Source: Campylobacterales bacterium (lineage in GTDB: Bacteria; Campylobacterota; Campylobacteria; Campylobacterales; Nitratiruptoraceae). From it: DNA of 41,802 bases. The stretch is from NCBI GenBank assembly GCA_027002625.1, contig JALWZJ010000149.1, positions 1-41,802 on the forward strand. Reading direction: 5' to 3'. The notes under the pieces are model-generated. The model saw nothing but the letters and a program-made list of their open reading frames with translations, did not search any database and was not told the origin of the DNA. This document shows positions 7,445 to 18,130 of this stretch, piece by piece (the first letter of the stretch is position 1; each line of letters opens with the position of its first letter). Both the position numbers and the translations under genes were made by a program.

Positions 7445-8825
7445 TAGTTCCCTCAAACGAAAAGTCCCCCTCCAGCCTCTAAAAAACAATCAGGTGCGAG
7501 TCTATGTCTGCGGCCCCACGGTCTACGACGACGCCCATCTGGGGCACGCCCGCAGTGCCATCGCTTTTGACCTTTTGCGCCGCACCTTGCGAGCTCTTGG
7601 CTACCAGACCATTTTTATGAAAAACTTTACAGATATCGACGACAAGATCATCAAAAAAATGAAACAAAGTGGCAAGAGCCTCCAAGAGATCACCGAGTAC
7701 TACATCCACCGCTACTTGGAGGATATGGAGGCCTTGGGAGTGGAGCGAGCCGACATAGAGCCCAGGGCCACCGAGGATCTGGATGCGATGTTCGATATGA
7801 TAGAAAGGCTGCTGAAGAAGGCTTGCGCCTACCAGACCCCTACTGGCGATATCTACTTCGACACCTCCAAAGACCCCAAGTACTGCCAGCTGAGCCACAA
7901 ATGCGACGAGGAGAGCCTCTCACGCATCGAGCCCGACCCCCACAAGAAAAATCCGGCCGATTTTGCCCTATGGAAAGCGTGCAAAGAAAATGATGTCTGT
8001 TTCGACTCCCCCTTTGGGCGGGGAAGACCTGGCTGGCATATCGAGTGCTCTGCCATGATCGCCAAACACCTGGCCTACCACGATACCCCCTACCAGATCG
8101 ATATCCACGGGGGCGGGGCCGATCTTTTCTTCCCCCACCACGAAAACGAAGCGGCCCAGACCCGCTGCGCCTACGGCCAGGAGCTGGCCAAGCAGTGGAT
8201 GCACAACGGCTTTGTCACCATCAGTGGCGAGAAGATGAGCAAATCGCTGGGCAACAGCTTCTTTATCAAAGACGCCCTCGAAGTATATGACGGAGAGATT
8301 TTGCGCTTCTATCTACTTAGCACCCACTACCGATCCAATCTCAACTTCAACGAAGAGGATCTGCTCTCCTCCAAAAAGCGGCTCGATCGGCTCTATCGCC
8401 TCAAAAAGCGGATCTACGGCCAAAAGCCCTCCCAAGTAGCAGAGCCTTTTAAAAAGGAGCTGCTCGAGGCGTTGAGCGACGATCTGAATATCTCCAAAGC
8501 TTTGGCTGTAATGGATGCTTTCATCGCCTCTGCCAACGAAGCACTGGACAAAGAGCCCAAAAACAAAGCTATCAAAAAGCAGATCGCCGCCAATATCGAC
8601 TATCTTGGAGAGCTGCTTGGCATCGGGCAAAAAGATGCCTATGAATACTTTCAGCTGGGTATCGACCAAGAGACCAAAGAGCGGATAGAGCAGCTCATCG
8701 AAGAGCGCGCTTTGGCCAAAAAGCAAAAAGATTTCGCCAAAGCCGACGCAATCCGAGAGGAACTGCGCTCTATAGGTATTGCTATCATGGATACGCCTCA
8801 AGGGACGGTGTGGGAAAAGATCTGA
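7431..8825 (+). CDS. cysS: Cysteine--tRNA ligase
   Basis: YVCGPTVY, HLGH, GRPGWHIEC, DIHGGG, HHENE and KMSKS motifs. Confidence 0.98.
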   Translation: MVIYDSSLKRKVPLQPLKNNQVRVYVCGPTVYDDAHLGHARSAIAFDLLRRTLRALGYQTIFMKNFTDIDDKIIKKMKQSGKSLQEITEYYIHRYLEDMEALGVERADIEPRATEDLDAMFDMIERLLKKACAYQTPTGDIYFDTSKDPKYCQLSHKCDEESLSRIEPDPHKKNPADFALWKACKENDVCFDSPFGRGRPGWHIECSAMIAKHLAYHDTPYQIDIHGGGADLFFPHHENEAAQTRCAYGQELAKQWMHNGFVTISGEKMSKSLGNSFFIKDALEVYDGEILRFYLLSTHYRSNLNFNEEDLLSSKKRLDRLYRLKKRIYGQKPSQVAEPFKKELLEALSDDLNISKALAVMDAFIASANEALDKEPKNKAIKKQIAANIDYLGELLGIGQKDAYEYFQLGIDQETKERIEQLIEERALAKKQKDFAKADAIREELRSIGIAIMDTPQGTVWEKI

Positions 8826-10531
8826 TCGCCGTTTTAAAGCGCTTTTGGCCCTATATCCGCCAGCACAAAAGTAAATTCGCCATCGCCATCGCCGGGATGG
8901 TGGCGGCCGCCGTAGGTACCAGTGCCTCGGCCTATCTGGTCAAACCGGTGTTGGATGAGATCTTTATAGAAAAAGATGCCCATATGCTGGCTATCCTGCC
9001 CCCACTGGTGGTGCTGCTTTATCTGCTCAAAGGATTTGGTAAGTTCATCCAGGTCTACTACACCGAGTATATCGGCCAAGATGTGATCCGCCAAATCAGA
9101 GAGCGGATGCTGCACTCAATCCTCTCTATGCGGATGGACTACTTCGTCTCCCAACCCTCGGGAGAGCTCATCAGCCGCCTCACCAACGACATCAACCGCA
9201 TCAAAAACGTGGTGGCCAATATGATCCCAGATCTATTGCGAGAGCTGCTGACGATCCTGGCACTTCTGGTGGTGGTGATCTACCAAAGTCCCAAGCTTTC
9301 CCTCTACTTTCTATTTCTCATGCCACTGGCGCTCTACCCCCTCTCCAGACTCGCCAAACGGATGAAAAAGATCTCCCACAAATCCCAAGAGACCATCGCC
9401 GATCTAACGAAGCACTTAAGCGAGCTTTTCAACAATATCGAACTGATCAAGGCCGAAGGACTGGAAAAAAGAGAGCTTAAGCGCTTTGCCAAGCACAACG
9501 AGAAGTTTTTCCACCTCACTCTTGATCAGGTGCGTACCAGCGAGCTGGTGAGCCCTTTGATGGAGAGCTTGGGTGCTGTGATCATCGCTTTGGTGATCTA
9601 TGTAGGCGGACGGGAGGTGATCGAGGGGCATATGAGTGCGGGGCAGTTTTTCTCTTTCATGACGGCGCTTTTCATGCTCTACACTCCCATCAAGCATGTC
9701 TCCAAACTCTACAACAAGCTCCAAGACGCCATCGCAGCCAGTGAGCGAATCTTTGCCATCATAGATCTTACGCCCAGCCAAAGAAGCGGCACACTCCCTT
9801 TTCCTCCCAATCCCCAAAAACTTTGCTTCGAAGATGTGAGTCTGCGCTATGGCGAGACACCCGCTTTGGATCATGTGAGCTTTTGCGCCCACAAAGACCA
9901 AATCACGGCCATCGTAGGCGATAGCGGCAGCGGCAAGAGCTCGATCCTCTCTCTTGTCGTTCGTTTCTACTCTCCCACTGCTGGCCGCATCACCCTGGAT
10001 GGTATCGATATCGAAAGTATCGACATAGACGACTACCGCGCCCATATCGCACTGGTGAGCCAACGCATCTATCTGCTCGAAGAGTCGATCGCTTTTAATA
10101 TCGGTGGAGAAGATTTCGATCCAAAGCGGGTGGAAGAGGCTTTGCGGATGGCTAAAGCCTGGGAGTTCGTCAAGGAGCTGCCTGAGGGGATTTATACAAA
10201 GATCGAAGAGGCTGGGATGAACCTCAGTGGCGGCCAGCGCCAGCGTCTGGCCATCGCCAGGTCTTTGTACAAAGACCCCAAGATCCTCATCTTCGATGAG
10301 GCCACCAGTGCGCTGGATGCCAAAAGCGAACGAGCCATCATCCAGACCATCAAGCAGCTGGCCAAAGATCGTATCGTCTTGATCGTCTCCCACAACATCC
10401 CCGCCATCACAGATGCCCACAAGATCGTCGTGATGCAAAAGGGCAAAAAGGTGTGCGAGGGCAGCCACGAAAAGCTGATGGAGTCGTGCCCCCATTACAT
10501 TGAGCTTTATCGCAAAAATCAGTATAATTGA
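8810..10531 (+). CDS. msbA: MsbA-like lipid A export ABC transporter (permease + ATPase)
   Basis: N-terminal TM domain, Walker A GDSGSGKS, LSGGQ signature, Walker B ILIFDE. Position after cysS matches my recollection of Campylobacter gene order. Confidence 0.85.
   Translation: MGKDLIAVLKRFWPYIRQHKSKFAIAIAGMVAAAVGTSASAYLVKPVLDEIFIEKDAHMLAILPPLVVLLYLLKGFGKFIQVYYTEYIGQDVIRQIRERMLHSILSMRMDYFVSQPSGELISRLTNDINRIKNVVANMIPDLLRELLTILALLVVVIYQSPKLSLYFLFLMPLALYPLSRLAKRMKKISHKSQETIADLTKHLSELFNNIELIKAEGLEKRELKRFAKHNEKFFHLTLDQVRTSELVSPLMESLGAVIIALVIYVGGREVIEGHMSAGQFFSFMTALFMLYTPIKHVSKLYNKLQDAIAASERIFAIIDLTPSQRSGTLPFPPNPQKLCFEDVSLRYGETPALDHVSFCAHKDQITAIVGDSGSGKSSILSLVVRFYSPTAGRITLDGIDIESIDIDDYRAHIALVSQRIYLLEESIAFNIGGEDFDPKRVEEALRMAKAWEFVKELPEGIYTKIEEAGMNLSGGQRQRLAIARSLYKDPKILIFDEATSALDAKSERAIIQTIKQLAKDRIVLIVSHNIPAITDAHKIVVMQKGKKVCEGSHEKLMESCPHYIELYRKNQYN
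10523..10528 (+). promoter_or_regulatory. Candidate -10 (TATAAT) for pyrD
   Basis: TATAAT in the last codons of msbA, 21 nt before ATG 10550, followed by an AAGGAG SD. Confidence 0.45.
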
Positions 10532-10549
10532 GCAATTTAAAGGAGCGAT

Positions 10550-11605
10550 ATGGACTACCAAACGATCAAAAAAGTGCTGTTTCGCCTCGATCCAGAAACG
10601 GCCCACCACATCGCCGAGACCGCTTTCGAGCTGGCCGGATTTTTCCCGCCACTACTTGAAGCTTTACAAAAGCGCTACTTGGTGGAGGATGAGCGGCTAA
10701 CTCAAAAGCTTTTTGGCAAGGAGTTCAAAAATCCTTTGGGACTGGCTGCGGGATTTGACAAAAACGCTACGATGGTGCCTACCCTGCACGCTCTTGGGTT
10801 TGGCCACGTGGAGGTGGGTACTGTCACTCCTCGTCCCCAAGAGGGCAACCCAAAGCCCCGCCTCTTTCGCTATCCCAAGTATGAGGCTCTCCAAAACGCC
10901 ATGGGCTTCAACAACGAAGGGGCCGAGGTGGTCAAGGCAAGACTGAATCGTATCTACCCAGCCCCCTTTCCCATCGGTGTCAATATCGGCAAAAACAAAA
11001 CCACACCCCAAGCAAAAGCTTTGGAGGATTACCGTTTCTTGATCGAAACTTTCAAGGATCTGGCAGATTATCTGGTGATCAACATCTCCAGCCCCAATAC
11101 GCCGGGTCTAAGAGATTTGCAAAACGAAAGCTTCATCCATGAGCTTTTTGCTATGGCAAGAGAGCGTACCGATACTCCGATCCTACTCAAAATAGCTCCA
11201 GACATGACACCAGATCAAGCAGTCAGTTTGGCCAAAACGGCGGTAGAAGCGGGAGCTGGCGGGATCATCGCCACCAATACCTCTATCGACTACACTCTGC
11301 TGCGAGGTGCCAAAGATTTTGGAGGTATCAGCGGCAAGCCGATCGCCGATAAAAGCTTCGCCATATTCCAAGCCGTAGCCAAAGAGCTCTTTGGCCAAAC
11401 GATCCTCATCAGTGCTGGAGGGATCGATAGCGCCCAGGAGGCCTATCGGCGTATCCGAGCCGGAGCCAATTTGGTACAACTCTACACCGCTTTCATCTAC
11501 GGCGGTCCTGCGCTACTTCGCGATATCAATCTTGGTTTGCTACAATTACTCCAAAAAGATGGCTTTACCCATATCAATCAAGCCGTTGGAGCCGATTTGC
11601 GATGA
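10550..11605 (+). CDS. pyrD: Quinone-dependent dihydroorotate dehydrogenase (class 2)
   Basis: DPETAH, NPLGLAAGFDKN, GNPKPRLFR, NISSPNTPGLR and KIAPD motifs. Confidence 0.97.
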   Translation: MDYQTIKKVLFRLDPETAHHIAETAFELAGFFPPLLEALQKRYLVEDERLTQKLFGKEFKNPLGLAAGFDKNATMVPTLHALGFGHVEVGTVTPRPQEGNPKPRLFRYPKYEALQNAMGFNNEGAEVVKARLNRIYPAPFPIGVNIGKNKTTPQAKALEDYRFLIETFKDLADYLVINISSPNTPGLRDLQNESFIHELFAMARERTDTPILLKIAPDMTPDQAVSLAKTAVEAGAGGIIATNTSIDYTLLRGAKDFGGISGKPIADKSFAIFQAVAKELFGQTILISAGGIDSAQEAYRRIRAGANLVQLYTAFIYGGPALLRDINLGLLQLLQKDGFTHINQAVGADLR

Positions 11606-12897
11606 GAGCGTTACTACTATCACTACTGATCATTGGAGGATTGATGGCTGGAAGTTTGCCAAAATATTACGAAACCACACTTAAAAACGGCCTCAAGGTC
11701 GTAGCGATCCCGATGCACAACGATAGTGGCGTGCTCACCACTGATATCTTCTACAAAGTGGGCAGCCGCAACGAGGTGCTGGGCAAGACGGGGATCGCCC
11801 ATATGCTCGAACACCTCAATTTCAAATCGACCAAACATCTCAAAGCTGGAGAGTTCGACGAGATCGTCAAGAGCTTTGGCGGCGTGGACAACGCCTCGAC
11901 AGGGTTCGACTACACCCACTACTTCATCAAAAGCGCCAAGGAGCATCTGGACAAATCCTTGTGGCTCTTTAGCGAGCTGATGGCAAATCTGAAACTGGAC
12001 GAAAAAGAGTTCCAGACCGAGCGAGAAGTGGTGGCAGAGGAGCGCAGATGGCGCACCGACAACAGCCCCACCGGGTATCTCTATTTTCGCCTTTTCAACA
12101 ACGCTTATATCTATCACCCCTACCACTGGACGCCCATAGGATTTATGTGCGATATCCTCAACTGGACCATCGAGGATATCAGAGCCTTTCACAAGACCTA
12201 CTACCAACCCAAAAACGCCATTATCGTGGTAGCGGGCGACGTGAACGAGAGTGAGGTGTTCGAGCTGGCCAAAAAGCATTTCGAGCAGATACCAAACTGC
12301 TGCGACATTCCAAAAGTCCATCAAGTAGAGCCCAAGCAAGACGGTCCCAAGAGGGTTTACATCAAAAAAGATGTGGAGTCTCAGATCCTGGCCATCGCTT
12401 TTCATATCCCAAACTTCGAGGACAAAGACCAAGTGGCTCTAAGCGCCATCAGTGAGTTGCTTAGCAGTGGCAAGAGCAGCCGACTCTATAAAACCCTCGT
12501 GGATCAAAAAAAGATGGTCAACCAGATCTATGGCTACAATATGGAAAATATCGATCCGGGACTTTTTATCTTCCTCGCTGTCGCCAATCCGGGCGTGACC
12601 GCCGAGGAGATAGAAAAGGAGATCTGGAGCGAGATCGACAAGCTCAAGGAGGGCAAGATCGAACGAAGCGAGCTGGATAAACTCAAGATCAATACCAAAG
12701 CCGACTTCATCTTCTCACTCGAAAACTCCAGCAACGTAGCCAGTCTCTTTGGCAGCTATTTTGCCAGAGGCAACATCGAGCCACTTTTGCATTACGAGGA
12801 AAATATCGACAAACTCACCACCAAAGATATCCAAGAAGTAGCCAAGAAATATTTCACCAAAGACAACTCCACCACCGTGATTGAAAGGAAAGATTGA
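11602..12897 (+). CDS. M16 (pitrilysin) family zinc peptidase, exported
   Basis: Signal peptide, inverted HxxEH (HMLEH), NASTGFDYT. Confidence 0.93.
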   Translation: MRALLLSLLIIGGLMAGSLPKYYETTLKNGLKVVAIPMHNDSGVLTTDIFYKVGSRNEVLGKTGIAHMLEHLNFKSTKHLKAGEFDEIVKSFGGVDNASTGFDYTHYFIKSAKEHLDKSLWLFSELMANLKLDEKEFQTEREVVAEERRWRTDNSPTGYLYFRLFNNAYIYHPYHWTPIGFMCDILNWTIEDIRAFHKTYYQPKNAIIVVAGDVNESEVFELAKKHFEQIPNCCDIPKVHQVEPKQDGPKRVYIKKDVESQILAIAFHIPNFEDKDQVALSAISELLSSGKSSRLYKTLVDQKKMVNQIYGYNMENIDPGLFIFLAVANPGVTAEEIEKEIWSEIDKLKEGKIERSELDKLKINTKADFIFSLENSSNVASLFGSYFARGNIEPLLHYEENIDKLTTKDIQEVAKKYFTKDNSTTVIERKD

Positions 12898-13784
12898 TGG
12901 AAAAAGTAAAAGGAGCGATGACCGCACTCATCACCCCATTCAAAGATGGCAAACTGGACGAAGAACGCTACGCCCAGCTCATCCAGCGCCAGATCGACAA
13001 CGCCATAGACGCCGTAGTACCCGTAGGGACCACAGGAGAGAGCGCGACGCTAAGCCACGATGAACACAAACGCTGTATCCAGATCGCCGTGGAGGTGTGT
13101 AAAGGCACCGGTACCAAAGTGATGGCGGGAGCTGGCAGCAACGCTACCCATGAAGCGATCGATCTGGCCAAGTTCGCCCAAGAAGCAGGAGCCGACGCGA
13201 TCCTTAGCGTCACGCCATACTACAACAAACCGACCCAAGAGGGGCTCTACCAGCACTACAGGGCAATCGCCGAGTCTGTAGATATCGGCGTAGTACTCTA
13301 CAATGTCCCGGGACGTACGGGTGTAGATCTCAAGCCCGAGACCGTCTTTCGCCTCTTCGACGAAGTAGAAAACATCTACGGGATCAAAGAAGCCACGGGC
13401 TCCATCGAGCGCACTGTGGAGCTTTTGGCCAAACGGCCAGAGCTCTATGCCATCAGCGGTGATGACGCTATCAACTACCCCATCATCGCCGATGGGGGGA
13501 TGGGTGTGATCTCGGTCACCGCCAACTTGCTGCCAGACAAGATCGCCATGCTGGTCCACGCAGGACTCGCCGGGCAGTTCGATACGGCCAAGATGATAAA
13601 CGACGAGCTTTATGAGATCAACAAGGCTCTTTTTTGCGAGAGCAACCCGATCCCTATCAAAGCGGCCATGTATCTGGCTGGACTCTTGGAGAGCTTGGAG
13701 TATCGCCTCCCACTCGTGCCGCCAAGCGATGAGCATATGGAGCTACTCAAAAAGATACTACAAAAGTATGAGGTGGTACAATGA
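12897..13784 (+). CDS. dapA: 4-hydroxy-tetrahydrodipicolinate synthase
   Basis: [24 protein letters not shown] and NPIPIK motifs. Confidence 0.97.
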   Translation: MEKVKGAMTALITPFKDGKLDEERYAQLIQRQIDNAIDAVVPVGTTGESATLSHDEHKRCIQIAVEVCKGTGTKVMAGAGSNATHEAIDLAKFAQEAGADAILSVTPYYNKPTQEGLYQHYRAIAESVDIGVVLYNVPGRTGVDLKPETVFRLFDEVENIYGIKEATGSIERTVELLAKRPELYAISGDDAINYPIIADGGMGVISVTANLLPDKIAMLVHAGLAGQFDTAKMINDELYEINKALFCESNPIPIKAAMYLAGLLESLEYRLPLVPPSDEHMELLKKILQKYEVVQ

Positions 13785-14545
13785 GCAAGACATTGGTATT
13801 AAGCGGAGGTACCAGAGGCATCGGCAAGGCGATCGTGGAGCGATTTGCCAAAGAGGGGGTGGATGTGGCTTTCACCTACAACTCCAACGAGGAGCTGGCC
13901 AACCAACTGGCCCAGGAGCTATCCCAAAAGTACGGGATCAAAGCCAAGGCCTACCCTCTTAATATTTTGGAACCCAACGACTATAAAGAGCTTTTCAAGC
14001 AGATCGATCAAGATTTTGAGAGAGTGGACTTTTTCATCTCCAACGCCATCATCTCCGGTCGCCCGGTGGTAGGAGGCTTTGGGCCTTTCATGCGCCTGAA
14101 GCCAAAGGGGCTGTGCAACATCTACACCGCTACCGTACTGGCCTTCGTAGTAGGAGCTCAAGAGGCGGCCAAGAGGATGGAAAAAGTAGGAGGCGGCTCA
14201 ATCATCTCCATGAGCTCCACCGGCAATCTGGTCTACACTCCAAACTACGCAGGACACGGCAGCTCCAAAGCGGCAGTGGAGACGATGGTCAAATATGCAG
14301 CTCACGAGCTTGGAGAAAAGAACATCCGAGTCAATGCCGTCAGCGGTGGCCCTATCGATACTGATGCCCTGCGGGCTTTTCCAAACTACGAGGAGGTAAA
14401 GGCCGAGACGATCGCCAGAAGCCCCCTTGGGCGTATGGGACGACCAGAGGATCTGGCGGGAGCTTGCTGGTTTTTGTGCAGCGAGGATGCAAGCTGGATC
14501 ACGGGACAGACGATCGTAGTGGATGGGGGGACCAGCTTTAGCTGA
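13781..14545 (+). CDS. SDR oxidoreductase, FabL-like enoyl-ACP reductase (often annotated 7-alpha-HSDH)
   Basis: SGGTRGIG Rossmann motif. Catalytic Y-x6-K spacing (YAGHGSSK) is the enoyl-ACP reductase type rather than classical YxxxK. Confidence 0.8.
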   Translation: MSKTLVLSGGTRGIGKAIVERFAKEGVDVAFTYNSNEELANQLAQELSQKYGIKAKAYPLNILEPNDYKELFKQIDQDFERVDFFISNAIISGRPVVGGFGPFMRLKPKGLCNIYTATVLAFVVGAQEAAKRMEKVGGGSIISMSSTGNLVYTPNYAGHGSSKAAVETMVKYAAHELGEKNIRVNAVSGGPIDTDALRAFPNYEEVKAETIARSPLGRMGRPEDLAGACWFLCSEDASWITGQTIVVDGGTSFS

Positions 14546-15072
14546 TGAATCTGCCAAACCTGCTCGCCCTATCGCGCCTTTTTATTGCGCCACTTATGTT
14601 TTTCTTGCTGGTGGAGAGGGATCTGCCCATATTCGCCCATATCCATCCAAGCTGGCTGGACTATTGGGCCGCCTTTTTGTTCGTGCTCGCATCCATCACC
14701 GACTTTTTCGATGGCTATATCGCCAGAGAGTTCGATCAGATCACGGAGCTTGGCAAGATCTTGGATCCGTTGGCGGACAAGATGCTCACGCTGGCTGGAT
14801 TTTTGGGACTGATGGTCTTAGGACGTGCGGATCCTTGGGCGATCTATCTGATCCTTACTCGAGAGTTTTTCATCACGGGGCTTCGGGTCAGTGCAGCCGG
14901 CATCGGCAAGGAGATCGCAGCGAGCTTTCTTGGCAAGATCAAGACCATCGCCCAGATGATCGCCATCGGCTTTTTGATGATGGATTGGCCCGGAGGCGAG
15001 CTGCTGCTCTGGATCGCCGTAGCCTTGACACTCTATAGCGGTTACGAATATATCAAAGCATATTTGAGGTAA
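14545..15072 (+). CDS. pgsA: CDP-diacylglycerol--glycerol-3-phosphate 3-phosphatidyltransferase
   Basis: MNLPN start; TDFFDGYIAR...GKILDPLADK CDP-alcohol phosphatidyltransferase motif; GKIKT. Confidence 0.95.
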   Translation: MNLPNLLALSRLFIAPLMFFLLVERDLPIFAHIHPSWLDYWAAFLFVLASITDFFDGYIAREFDQITELGKILDPLADKMLTLAGFLGLMVLGRADPWAIYLILTREFFITGLRVSAAGIGKEIAASFLGKIKTIAQMIAIGFLMMDWPGGELLLWIAVALTLYSGYEYIKAYLR

Positions 15073-15074
15073 CG

Positions 15075-16142
15075 ATGGGAATAGTTGTAAGTTTACTGGT
15101 ACTATCATTTTTAATCTTTTTCCACGAGCTTGGCCACTTTTTGGCGGCACGCTTTTTTGGCGTGAGAGTGGAGCGATTTAGTATCGGGTTCGGTCCAGTG
15201 GTAGCCAAAAAGTGGTGCTGCGATACCGAGTGGGCCATCAGTGCCATTCCACTGGGCGGATATGTGAAGATGAAAGGTCAAGACGACACGGATCCTACCA
15301 AGCGAAGCGAGGATCCTGACAGCTACAGCGCTAAAAAACCCTGGCAGCGGATCATCATCCTCCTCGCAGGCCCCTTCGCCAACTTCTTTTTGGCCTTTTT
15401 GCTCTATCTGGCAGTGGCACTGATGGGTTACGACACGTTGGCGCCAAAGATCGGCAAAGTACTGCCCAATACGCCAGCAGCCCAGGCGGGAGTGCAGCCA
15501 GGTGACAGGATCCTCGCCATCGATGGCCAAACGGTGCGCAGCTGGGAGGATCTTAGCCGCATCATCGCAGAGCACCCTGGCAAACCGCTTGAGTTCGTAA
15601 TCGACAGAGCTGGCAAGATAGTGCATCTTCGCATCGCTCCCAAACCGACATCTACCAAAAATATCTTTGGCGAGCAGGTGCGTCGACCCATGATCGGCAT
15701 CGCTCCAGCCCAAGAGTTCGTCAAGGTCCATTACTCTCCTCTCGAAGCTATCGAGGTAGCTTGGCAAAAGACAGTGGAGGCGAGCAAATTTATCGTGCTG
15801 GGAATTGAAAAGATGATCGAAGGGGTGGTCTCGCCAAAAGAGATTGGAGGCGTGATCTCCATCATGGACGTCACAGCCAAGGCGAGCCAGGTGGGACTGG
15901 TAGCGCTACTGAGCCTGACGGCTCTGATCTCGGTGAACCTGGGCATCCTCAATCTGCTCCCCATCCCAGCCCTCGACGGCGGCCACATCATGTTCAACCT
16001 CTATGAATGGATTACTCGCCACACTCCAAGCGAAGAGGCGCTCTACAAGATCACGCTGGCTGGCTGGGCCTTTTTATTGGGGCTCATGGGCTTAGGCCTT
16101 TATAACGATATCAATAGGCTCTTAGGAGGTATCAATGGATAA
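15075..16142 (+). CDS. rseP: RIP metalloprotease RseP
   Basis: HELGH, FSIGFG, IPLGGYV, PDZ domain and NLLPIPALDGG. Confidence 0.96.
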   Translation: MGIVVSLLVLSFLIFFHELGHFLAARFFGVRVERFSIGFGPVVAKKWCCDTEWAISAIPLGGYVKMKGQDDTDPTKRSEDPDSYSAKKPWQRIIILLAGPFANFFLAFLLYLAVALMGYDTLAPKIGKVLPNTPAAQAGVQPGDRILAIDGQTVRSWEDLSRIIAEHPGKPLEFVIDRAGKIVHLRIAPKPTSTKNIFGEQVRRPMIGIAPAQEFVKVHYSPLEAIEVAWQKTVEASKFIVLGIEKMIEGVVSPKEIGGVISIMDVTAKASQVGLVALLSLTALISVNLGILNLLPIPALDGGHIMFNLYEWITRHTPSEEALYKITLAGWAFLLGLMGLGLYNDINRLLGGING

Positions 16143-16815
16143 GTATAGACTCAGAGACAACTTCGACGAGGTGGTCCAAAGGGTGGAGAGTGCCAGGATC
16201 AAGCGAAGCGAACACCATATCGTCCAGATCGTGGCGGTGAGCAAATATGTAGGCAGCGAGGAGATCAGAGCTCTGTACGAACTGGGGCAGCGGGCCTTTG
16301 GCGAGAGTAGAGTCCAAGATCTAAAAGCCAAAGCCAGCGAGCTGGAGGATCTGCCCATCGAGTGGCACTTCATCGGCCGACTCCAAAAGAACAAGATCAA
16401 CCACCTCATCGACCTGGAGCCTTGGCTCATGCAGTCCCTTGATAGCCTGGAGCTCGCCCTCGAGATCGACAAACGGCTCGATGCCAAGGGCAAGAAGATG
16501 AGCTGCCTGCTGCAGATCAACAGCTCTAAAGAGCCCACGAAAGCGGGCATTGAGCCAGAGCGAGCCTATGACGAGTATCTCAAGATCATCGAAGAGACCA
16601 AACATATCGATCTACAAGGCGTGATGACCATCGGAGCCCACAGCGAGGATGAAAATCTCATTCGCCAAAGCTTCGAGACTACCTACAAAATCTATGAAGC
16701 CCTCAAACCCCACGGCGCAGAAATCTGCTCCATGGGGATGAGCCACGACTTCGAGCTGGCCATCGAGTGCGGCTCCAATATGGTGCGCATCGGCAGCCTA
16801 CTCTTCAAAGATTAG
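16135..16815 (+). CDS. yggS: YggS/PLPBP pyridoxal phosphate homeostasis protein
   Basis: AVSK, FGESRVQ, WHFIGRLQKNK, SMGMSHD and VRIGS motifs. Confidence 0.95.
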   Translation: MDKYRLRDNFDEVVQRVESARIKRSEHHIVQIVAVSKYVGSEEIRALYELGQRAFGESRVQDLKAKASELEDLPIEWHFIGRLQKNKINHLIDLEPWLMQSLDSLELALEIDKRLDAKGKKMSCLLQINSSKEPTKAGIEPERAYDEYLKIIEETKHIDLQGVMTIGAHSEDENLIRQSFETTYKIYEALKPHGAEICSMGMSHDFELAIECGSNMVRIGSLLFKD

Positions 16816-17039
16816 TTTGGGCAGCTGGGCGGCTCGGTATCACAAGCACCTCCGCAATGCTTAAGCTCCAGCTCATCCAGCGCCTTTCGCATCTCTGTGA
16901 GGATCAGCCTGGAGGCCAGATCCTCGTCCATCTCCGGTACGTCGAGCCCATAGCGCTTGAGCCATTTGTAAAAAAGATCTTTCACATCCTCGTGGATCTC
17001 GTCGGCATATTTGCAATCTTCTTTGAATTCCGCTCTCAT
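16812..17039 (-). CDS. Hypothetical 75-aa acidic protein with Cys-rich tail
   Basis: ATG directly abuts the truD stop, AAGGAG SD upstream, fills the gap between truD and yggS. Confidence 0.7.
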   Translation of the reverse strand: MRAEFKEDCKYADEIHEDVKDLFYKWLKRYGLDVPEMDEDLASRLILTEMRKALDELELKHCGGACDTEPPSCPN

Positions 17040-18122
17040 CTATTCTCCTTGTAGTTTTTTGTGGGCGATCTCTTCGAGTAGTACTGTAGCATAACTTCCT
17101 TTGGGCAAAAAGAAACCAAGCTCATACCACGCCTCTTTCTCCCTGTAGCGGCCCTCTATATCTTCAGGAAAGACCCAGGCGTAGCGCCTGTCGCCAAACT
17201 CCTCGATCCGCTCGTCATCAAAATCCTTCTCTATCTCTCTGGCCAGTCCATCGGCCCGCTTGACCCGACGGCCGGGCAGCAATCCCGTAGGAGAGATCTG
17301 GCGCTGCCAAAATCTCTCGGCCTCGGCTGGCGTATCCTCTACATAAAAGATCTTGCCAAATGGGTAGTGCATAGCGATATCGCCAGGAAGAATTTTGAAA
17401 AATCGCTTCTGCTCCTTGAGCTCTTTGATAATCCCGCTGGGTAGATCCAGCACATCCGCAAGTTCCTTTGGATCGAAAGAATTGATCAAGCGGCTTAGCT
17501 CCACCCGTTTACTCAGCCACAGATTGAAAAGATGGCTTTGGTAGGCGTTGATGAGAAGCTTTCGAAGCTTTCTGTTTCGCTCCTTTTTGACTCCAGCCAC
17601 GATCTGCTCGCCAAGCCGCCAGTTGTCTCCCTCATTTCCAAATCGCTGGTAGCCAAAGTAGTTTGGCATCCCCTCTTTCTCGATAGTCCTTAGCACCTCA
17701 TCGATTCGTTTGGCATCCACGGGCGAGACCTTTTTGAGTCGGATAAAAAAACAATTGCCTTTGAGGTGTCCCAGGCGGATTTTGTTGGTGTGGTAGGTCT
17801 TTTCGATGATCTTGATGGCTGGATGGCTAAGATGCCCCAGCTTCTCTTCATACTTTTTTGGAAGAGAGATATACTGGTAGGTCAAGGCGTTTTTGTCCTT
17901 GAGGCCGGCATAGCCGATATCTCGAAGCTTCACCCCCACCTGCTCGCTGATAGCTTGGAGCATCTCCCAGGTGGAGAGATTTTTTTTCCTTACTTTGAGT
18001 ATCAGATGTTCCCCTTCACCACTAAAAGGATAAAGCGGTACCTCCTCCACCACGAAAGTCTCGGGTGTCGGCCGAAAATAGAAGTCGATCGGAGCGTGGG
18101 AGAGATAGAAAAGTCGGTCCAT
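17040..18122 (-). CDS. truD: tRNA pseudouridine(13) synthase TruD
   Basis: GEGEH, GYAGLKDKNA (catalytic Asp), PNYFGYQRFG, AYQSHLFN and LPKGSYAT motifs. Confidence 0.96.
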   Translation of the reverse strand: MDRLFYLSHAPIDFYFRPTPETFVVEEVPLYPFSGEGEHLILKVRKKNLSTWEMLQAISEQVGVKLRDIGYAGLKDKNALTYQYISLPKKYEEKLGHLSHPAIKIIEKTYHTNKIRLGHLKGNCFFIRLKKVSPVDAKRIDEVLRTIEKEGMPNYFGYQRFGNEGDNWRLGEQIVAGVKKERNRKLRKLLINAYQSHLFNLWLSKRVELSRLINSFDPKELADVLDLPSGIIKELKEQKRFFKILPGDIAMHYPFGKIFYVEDTPAEAERFWQRQISPTGLLPGRRVKRADGLAREIEKDFDDERIEEFGDRRYAWVFPEDIEGRYREKEAWYELGFFLPKGSYATVLLEEIAHKKLQGE

Positions 18123-18130
18123 ACTGTTCC

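Noticed and set aside
9416-10609. 397-aa antisense ORF opposite msbA
   Set aside because: It lies on the antisense strand of a conserved gene and has no recognisable motifs. Such shadow ORFs follow from codon bias and occur throughout this window.
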